A DNA stretch of 44,702 bases, taken from assembly GCF_006345805.1 (NCBI RefSeq), contig NW_021835877.1:1-44702 (forward strand), written 5' to 3'. Origin of the DNA: Octopus sinensis (taxonomy: Eukaryota). Of this stretch, positions 37,043 through 44,702 are shown one piece after another. The notes under the pieces are model-generated. The model saw only the letters and a list, made by a program, of their open reading frames with translations, did no database searches and was not told the origin of the DNA. The position numbers and the translations under genes were made by a program. The first letter of the stretch is position 1. Each line of letters starts with the position of its first letter.

Positions 37043-37306
37043 TATATATACATATGTATATGCACCCACATACATAGATATACGGACGTACACGCAAAAC
37101 ATGTGTTTGTATGTGTCTATAGACCATATGCATGCACACTGATAAACACCATGCACATATTATACACACAGACAAAGGTACCTTTAGACAGGAACACTGA
37201 CACAACTGAGGCACCTACAGATATACACAAATACTCAAACATATGCAAACGTATATATATATAATACATGTGTGTGTGTATTCACATATATATATATATA
37301 ATATAT

Positions 37307-37352
<46 letters not shown>

Positions 37353-37360
37353 TATATATA

Positions 37361-38236
37361 TACCATGTTCCAGGCCCTGCGCTACTGGCACACAAAGGTA
37401 AATGACGTGAAGACTGGATACACTGGCCCAGGAAGAATTGCAATCCCTGAGTCAAAATCAGTGCGTGACCTGGGCATTGACATGAGCAATGATGCATCTT
37501 TCCAAATGCATATTGCTAATCTGGTGATAAATGCAGACGGCTAGCTGGATGGATTCTCCGAACTTTCAGAACAAGAGAGAAGGAGACACTGAATGGTCCT
37601 ATGGAAAACATTCGTCCTTAGCCGCTTGGACTACTGCTCCCACTTTTGGTCACGCACACAATTAAAACAACAGCAGAACTCGAAGCAACTCAGAGAAGCG
37701 ACACAAAGAAAATCGTCTCAATGCAAAATGTCAGCTACTGGGAAAGACTGAAGGTATTAAACCTCTTCTCCCTGGAGCAGAGGCGGGCGGGATAGATATG
37801 CAGTGCTATACATCTGGAAAATCCTGGAGGGTCTTGTCCCAAACTTTGGCATTCAAAGTTACTCCAACCGCAGAACGGGGCGCCGCTGCGTGGTGCCAAG
37901 GATTCCAACATCACCATCAAAATACAGGTCCAGATACTGCAACAGCTTGGGTTTCAGAGGACCACAGCTCTTTAACATCCTCCCTAAATGCCTGAGAGAC
38001 TTACATGGTGGGATGTGGGTTTCTTTAAAACTAAACTGGATCTCTTCTTGTTGGGAGTCCCAGATGAACCTACCTCACGACAGGAGACACGGATGCGGGC
38101 AGCAGCATCGAACTCCCTTGTTGATCAAGTGCCACTTATCAGAGATGGATTCACAAACTAGTGTAGCTCATTCAGCGGTGGTGCCCCAGCATGGCCGGCC
38201 TTCGGGCTAAAACATTTTTAGATTAACTATTAAGAC
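37361..38236 (+). mobile_element. CR1-clade LINE, 5'-truncated 3' fragment (RT C-terminus plus 3' UTR)
   Basis: Frameshifted translation: SVRDLGIDMSNDASFQMHI, CRRLAGWILRTFRTRE, VLWKTFVLSRLDYCSHFWS, ELEATQRS, SYWERLKVLNLFSLEQRR..RYAVLYIWKILEGLVPN, GPQLFNILPKCLRD, FKTKLDLFLLGVPDEP; stop at 38159-38161; flanked by (TA)n. Confidence 0.9.
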
Positions 38237-38240
38237 ATAT

Positions 38241-38279
<39 letters not shown>

Positions 38280-38390
38280 TATATATATATATATATATAT
38301 ATATCTATATTAGATATATATATATATATATACATTATACGTATATTTAATATATGGTGTGTGTTGTGTGTGTATATATATATAAATATA

Positions 38391-38846
38391 TACTCTTTTA
38401 CCGTTTCAGTCATTTGACTGCAGCCATGCTGGAGCACCGCCTTTAGTCGGGCAAATCGACCCCATGACTTATTCTTGCAAGGCCTAGAACTTCTTCAATT
38501 GATTTCTTTTGCCGAACCGCTAAGTTACGGTGACATAAACGCACCAGCATCGGTTGTCAAGCGATGTTAGGGTGACAAACATAAACACACACCACACACA
38601 CAACACACACAACACTCACACACATACAACTGACACATACACACAACACACCACACCACACACAACACACACACACACACACACATATACTATATATATA
38701 TATATATATATAATCTATACTATATATATATAAAATCCATACGAACATTTGATTCTTGTCATTTGCCGTTATGTTTAATTCACATCACATATCCTATTTT
38801 GGTTTGTGTACTCGATCGTTTTCTATAGTTGAAGACACTTGCCCAA
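38391..38846 (-). mobile_element. SINE-C: tail F (38391-38586), expanded internal microsatellite, head remnant (38821-38846)
   Basis: The tail matches 18266-18460; CTATAGTTGAAGACACTTGCCCAA matches the C head. Confidence 0.75.
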
Positions 38847-39655
38847 TCGGAGAATCTTTTCAGGCCCGACACTGTGTAGTATGGTGTGTTGTAATGTGAT
38901 GTGTGCTGTGTGGTGTGTATGTGTATACCACGTATGTATTGTGTGCTGTATGTACTTACGATTAGGATGTCACGTATATTGTGTGTGTATGTAATGTATA
39001 TGTATGTAGTATGTTGCTTATGTATGTATGTATGTACTTGTGTATGTACGTATATGTGATGTATGTTATGTATATGTGTATGTATGTAATGTATGTATGT
39101 ACGTATATGTTTGTAGGTGTATTGTATGTCCGTATGTACGTATGTATGTATGTATTATGTGTATATGTATGCAGGTGTGCATGTGTGTATGTGTGCATGT
39201 GTGTATGTATGTATGTAGATAGAATAAGTGCTTATGCACTAAAATTTTATCAACAACAGAATTCTTGACTTCAATTCTGTAACATGTTACATTCTTAAAT
39301 ATTATGAATGTGTGTGTGTGTGTTTGTGTATATGCGTGTGTGTGTGCATATATAAATATTTACATACGCATATATATATATAGATAGATACATATATGTA
39401 TGTATGTAAATATAAGTCAGTGTACGTGCGCGCGAGCGCATGTGTGTGAGAGAGAGAGAGAGAGTGTAGAGTTGAGTTCTGCTGGTACCAGCTGCCGATT
39501 ATGATGGTTTGGCAACTTCCTGTTGGTTCTCATTAAATACATTGGACTACATGGACCACATCAATATTCATAGATAACCACTCACCGACCAACCAACATA
39601 CCAACCAACCCACCTACCTACATACATATATACATACATTTATATAAATCGCTAA

Positions 39656-39710
<55 letters not shown>

Positions 39711-39734
39711 TGTGTGGTGTGTGTGTGTGTGTGT

Positions 39735-40037
39735 GGGGAGCGCAATGGCCTAGTGGTTAGGGCAGCGGACTCGCGGTCGTAGGATCGCGGTTTCGATTCC
39801 CAGACCGGGCGTTGTGAGTGTTTATTGAGCGAAAACACCTAAAAGCTCCACGAGGCTCCGCAGGGGTGGTGATCCGGCTGTACTCTTTCAACATTCTTTC
39901 TCCCACTCTTTCTTCTGTTGGCCTGCTCGCTTAGCCAGCGGGGTGGCGTCATTCGAAGGCTAAAACAATGCGAACGCATTGTGACCAGCGATGTGTAACA
40001 ACATCTGATGGTCTGGTCGGTCACTTGATCACGTGAT
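39735..40037 (+). mobile_element. SINE-B, well preserved (tRNA-derived head with intact A and B boxes, own tail)
   Basis: A box TGGCCTAGTGG (39746-39756), B box GGTTTCGATTCC (39789-39800); tail ..GTGACCAGCGATGTGTAACAACATCTGATGGTCTGGTCGGTCACTTGATCACGTGAT. Confidence 0.88.
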
Positions 40038-40078
40038 ATATATATATATATTATATATATATATATATAATATATATA

Positions 40079-40171
40079 TTAACAGGAATCTTACTGAAGA
40101 GCCACCGCTGAGTAAATAAATACTATTTTTATTACTGAATTTGGCGAAACTGCAGTATAAGAAGAAGTTAA
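40079..40171 (+). ncRNA. Type-I hammerhead ribozyme, intact core (copy 1)
   Basis: Stem I UCUUA (40089-40093) / UAAGA (40158-40162) plus distal UUAAC/GUUAA; CUGAAGA 40094-40100; stem II GCCA/UGGC extended by AGUA(A)AUAAA/UUUAUUACU; GAAA 40146-40149; palindromic stem III ACUGCAGU; GUA with predicted cut after 40157. Confidence 0.82.
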
Positions 40172-40481
40172 GTTGTAAAAGTTTTTAATTTTCATCTCAC
40201 TAATTTTCCAGCTATTGTGTATCTAGTTGCACTCTTCGCCTTGAATGTAATGAGATATGTATAATATATGCGTGTAACTGGTACACCGGCGATTATAATA
40301 TTTATTGTATCGCATTTATCTTTGTTTACATATTCTCTCGATAAATTTCTGACCGTTAGACGATATACCACAATCCCCTATTTTGTCGGGTTTGTTCGAG
40401 TCTGCGCAGTGTTTTGAATAGTTTAGAAAGAGCATTTCGATAGACGCACATGGGTCTATTGATATGGTCTTCTTCCCATCA

Positions 40482-40572
40482 TTAACAGGAATCTTACTGA
40501 AGAGCCAGCCTGAGTAAATAAATACTATTTTTATTACTGAATTTGGCGAAACTGCAGTATAAGAAAAGTTAA
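40482..40572 (+). ncRNA. Type-I hammerhead ribozyme, intact core (copy 2)
   Basis: Same architecture: CUGAAGA 40497-40503, GCCA/UGGC, GAAA 40548-40551, predicted cut after 40559. Confidence 0.82.
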
Positions 40573-40840
40573 GTTTGTAAAAGTTTTTAATTTTCATCTC
40601 ACTAAATGTATCCACTATTGTGTATCTAGTGCACTCTTCGCCTTGAATGTAATGATATGTATAATATATGGCGTGTACTGGTACACCGGCGATTATAATT
40701 AATTTTATTGTATCGCATTTATCTTTGTTTATATATATTATGTATATATGTATGTATATGTATATATATTATATATATATGGTGGATTCCTCATCGAGAA
40801 GATGAATGAGGGTTCAGTAAATACCTTCAACAATTCCTAT

Positions 40841-40890
<50 letters not shown>

Positions 40891-40893
<3 letters not shown>

Positions 40894-40940
40894 CTAGTAT
40901 CTCAGCTCACGAGCTGTAGCCATGCTGGGGCACCGCCATC
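40891..40940 (-). mobile_element. Isolated CR1-type 3' tail
   Basis: Reverse complement GGCGGTGCCCCAGCATGGCTACAGCTCGTGAGCTGAGATACTAG; same motif plus hairpin as the CR1 and tail F ends. Confidence 0.65.
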
Positions 40941-41055
40941 CGGAGAAGAATAGATGAGAAAGCTGGCGATGCGGTTACATAGGATTGAAACACCTTACAC
41001 CTAAGACATCTAGTATCTTAGCATAGCAAAGTTACCACACGACCAAACTCCCACC

Positions 41056-41097
<42 letters not shown>

Positions 41098-41239
41098 TAT
41101 ATAATATAATATGTATGTATAAATGTGAGTGTGTGTGCGTCTGTGGGGGTGCACAATTACAATGAACAATAGATTACAACACAAGAGCTACAATGTTAAA
41201 CAGATGCAGAATTAGCTTTTTATTGAAATAGAAACAGAA

Positions 41240-41280
41240 AATTCTAACGTTTCGAAAGTTAGTTCTTCGTCAGAAGAAAG
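41240..41280 (-). ncRNA. Minimal type-I hammerhead motif, core intact
   Basis: UUCUU-CUGACGA-A-GAA-CUAACU-UUC-GAAAC-GUU-AGAA; AATAAA about 20 nt downstream (plus 41219-41224). Confidence 0.55.
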
Positions 41281-41786
41281 ACAGAAACATAAACGAAACC
41301 GGAAAGAGAAATACTCAGGGTGAGACAGAGAAAAATCTTCGTAATTTAAGACGGGGGTATGCTGCCAACAAATGAGGTGGTTGGTCAAATGTCGCAATTG
41401 TAACATAATGTGTCACTCTGGTTGTAGTTGAGGATTTTGTTAAGAGTACCAGGGTCCTAGGAATACTCAGCCATATACTCTAAAAGGCAACGTTTTGTCA
41501 CTTGACTTAGAGAAACAATGAGAATTCGAATCGAGGATACCGACGAAGGACCCTTTTAGTGCTATACATATTTGTGTATTTATGTGTATGTGTATAACGG
41601 GTGTTTCTGTGTGTGTATGCAGATAAGTGTGCGTATTGTTTGTACAATATATATAAATATATATACACACACATACAGTCATGTACGTATATATGTACGT
41701 ATACATACATTCATGTACGTATATGAATGTATATGAATGTTTGCAAATGTGTATGTGATTGTGTGTGTGAGTGGTGTGTGTGTGTG

Positions 41787-41848
<62 letters not shown>

Positions 41849-42499
41849 TATAGGCGTGAAAAGGTGCAAAAACGTTTTATTTGTTAGTAAAAGGATTTTT
41901 GATAATATAGAGGTCGTAGTCATAATGGTGGTGGTGGTGGTGATGATAGGGGGTGGTAGTGATGGTGGTGGTGATAGGGGTAGTGGTTGAAGTGGTGGTG
42001 GTGGTGGTGGGTGGTATGGTGGTGGCGGCGGCGGTGGTGGTCGTCGTCGTGTTGGTGGTGGTGATAGTGGTAGTGGTTGAAGTGGTGGTGCGTGGTGGTG
42101 GTTGTAGTGGTAATAGAAGAGGTGGTCGTAGTGGTGGTGATGGTTGTGGTGGTGGTGGTGGTAGTGGTGGATGTGGAGGTGGGTGCGTTGATAAAATAGG
42201 TGATGTTGTGGTATTTATTCATCGCTGTCCTCAGAAGATCAACAGATTGGAAGAGTTTTGTGTTTTGGGTGCAGGGAAACTTAGCGGAATAATTTGGTGA
42301 AAGAGTGGGAGGGAAAGAGAGAGAGAAAGAGAGAGAGCAGAGGTGGGGAGAGCAGTGGGAGGGAGACAGAAAAGAACCAAGAGAGTAGGAGGGGAAATAA
42401 GTGTGTGTGTGTGTGTGTGTTTCAGGGACTGTCGCCCTAACACGTGCCGTATGTCTAATTTATCTTCACTGTCTGAACGGTGGAGAGTACCACCCCTTT

Positions 42500-42856
42500 C
42501 TTACCCGGCATTCATTACACACACACACACACACACACACACTCAAAGACATGCACTCACATATATACACACACACACCCACTATCAAGGACGTATATAC
42601 GTATATGCCTCATTTTCATGCGTATATCTGTATATACATGCCTTCTGTAATCTGTACAGAAGCAAACAAACACAACTTTATATACATTCCTACACACGAC
42701 ACACACACACACGCCTCTATGTGCGGGATTCTCTCTGTTTCTGTCCGTCTGTCTGTATATATATAGAGAGGGGGGGGACAAAGTCACGCACACACACACA
42801 CATATATACATATATAACTATGTGCAGACAGATATATAAACATGTATGCACGTATA

Positions 42857-42890
<34 letters not shown>

Positions 42891-42921
42891 ATCTATATGT
42901 GTGCATGTATGCACAAGGTGC

Positions 42922-42979
<58 letters not shown>

Positions 42980-43934
42980 ACATGTATATATATGTATATA
43001 TATATATGTATGTATGCACGCATTTATATACTTATATGCACATATGCGTGCGTGTATGTGTGTGCATATGTATATATATGTATAAATATATATAAAATAA
43101 TATATATATATAATATAATTATATATATATATATAGTATATATATATATATATAACAAACAAAAAGCACACACCAGCGTTATTTTAGACGAGTATTTTCG
43201 CTATTGTGTAATATTCGAGCGAACACTGATATAACCCACATTTATTTACATATATACACACCATATATATATATACAAACATGTGTGTGCACGCGTGCGT
43301 GAGTGAGAGGCGTGTGTATGCAGGCTGCATGTATACACGTCTATGCAGTCTGTAACGCACACACATTATATATATATATAATATATATATATAATACATA
43401 TATATCTACATACTATATATATACATATATATATATATATATGTGTGTGTGTATATATGTATATATATATTACACAGACTCGTGTCGTTTTTTGATATGT
43501 TATCAGCTAGTGACGTGGTTTCGCTGTTCTCTTGTATATATACACGCGCACACACATATATACGCACATGCATACAGATATACATACATACATACACACA
43601 AGCAACCATATACACACACACACGCTTGTAAATAGACAAATTGCAAGTGACATTCATATACGCATTTTACACTTCCAGCCTGACATGCGTATATACACAT
43701 GCTTCCATGATATCATTAACACAATATATATACAACTATTTCATATACCCATGCATTTGCCTACACAAGCACGCATAGAAATATATATACATGTATATTA
43801 TATGCATATGTATATATACTTATATATATTATATATTTACACATGTATCTATATATAAATATAGCTATCTATGTATGTATATATGTATATGTTTATAAGT
43901 TTGTGTGTGCGTGCGTGTGTGTGTGTATGTGTGC

Positions 43935-44004
<70 letters not shown>

Positions 44005-44308
44005 TATGTCACTGAAATAGGGCGTGGCATGATTCAGACGCCTGGCTCTCTTTCTCCATATGTGCTTATTATCTATATATGTATGTCGGTACGCGCGTGC
44101 CAGTGTGGTAGATATGTATATATGTGTGTGTGTGTGTGTGTTGTGTGTGTGTGTGCGCGTGCGCGCGCATGTTTGTGCACGCGAGTATATGTGCGCGCGA
44201 GTATATACATATGTACGTACGTACGTACGTATGTTTGTATAAGTGTGTGTATGTATGCATTTCATTCTATGTATATATGTATGTATGTATGTATGTATGT
44301 AAGTATGT

Positions 44309-44340
<32 letters not shown>
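42500..44340. repeat. Extended compound (CA)n/(TA)n/(TG)n/(ATGT)n microsatellite region
   Basis: Direct reading, with short unique interruptions. Confidence 0.9.
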
Positions 44341-44702
44341 TAGGATGGGCTCTCAGAAATTCTGCGTTGGTGTCCGGCGTGCTGAAAGCCCAAAGTTTGT
44401 GAAGCAGCCCTTAGCTTTTGTGGAAGTATGTCTCTGGGAGAAGGTCACTCTGAAACAAAACGAAATATGCCGGGAATAGCCGTGGACTTTTCGGGGAGCT
44501 TGCGCTTCAGATCTTTCCACTCCCACATTCCTAAGCCTGTGACCCATATAATCACTGGATGTCTTGACCTGGCTTGTCTCTGGATCATGTCAGTCGGATG
44601 AGGATGGTCTGTGGGTGTTGTGTAAGCCTTATTGAACCTAAAATTTTAGGTTGGGCAATGGTCGGCGAAGCGATTATTCGGTGCCTGGTCGAGTAGGAAG
44701 TC

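Larger units (their letters stand above)
40079..40731 (+). mobile_element. Retrozyme-like or Penelope-pLTR-like partial tandem (period 403 bp; 250-bp repeats at 40079-40328 and 40482-40731) between (TA)n tracts
   Basis: Direct repeat read from the sequence; each repeat begins with an intact hammerhead; no ORF recognised. Confidence 0.75.

Noticed and set aside
39735-39810. Possible tRNA gene
   Set aside because: A and B boxes are present, but I could not form a proper acceptor stem. The sequence continues into a SINE body and recurs at 9815-9931, so it is a SINE head.
39735-40171. Idea that SINE-B Pol III read-through transcribes the adjacent hammerhead unit
   Set aside because: A T5 run at 40126-40130, inside stem II, should terminate Pol III before the GAAA and cleavage site.
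44340-44702. Complex sequence at the window end, a possible exon or transposon
   Set aside because: No recognisable motif in any frame; it needs BLAST with the downstream context.

Overview
This is repeat-dominated animal DNA. By inference from the SINE types and extreme (TA)n/(CA)n/(ATT)n/(GGT)n density it is most likely an octopus or other cephalopod. I found no host protein-coding gene, rRNA or true tRNA. Nearly all listed ORFs are translations of microsatellites. The recognisable content is: decayed retrotransposons (R4/Dong-type RLE LINE 3' ends, several embedded in TAA repeats, and a CR1-type LINE 3' end); a mariner relic split by a SINE; a hAT MITE with a perfect 8-bp target-site duplication (TSD); and more than 20 copies or fragments of tRNA-derived SINEs built from interchangeable heads and tails. 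The labels A-G for these SINE parts are my own. The most notable signal is at RNA level: about a dozen type-I hammerhead ribozyme (HHR) motifs of several unrelated sequence families. The best is a 403-bp-period partial tandem at 40079-40731 with two intact hammerheads between (TA)n tracts, resembling a retrozyme or Penelope pseudo-LTR. A second HHR lies inside a near-perfect 137/138-bp palindrome at 16098-16409. All folds and alignments were done by eye. The many small indels in repeats suggest long-read errors may affect single-base claims.
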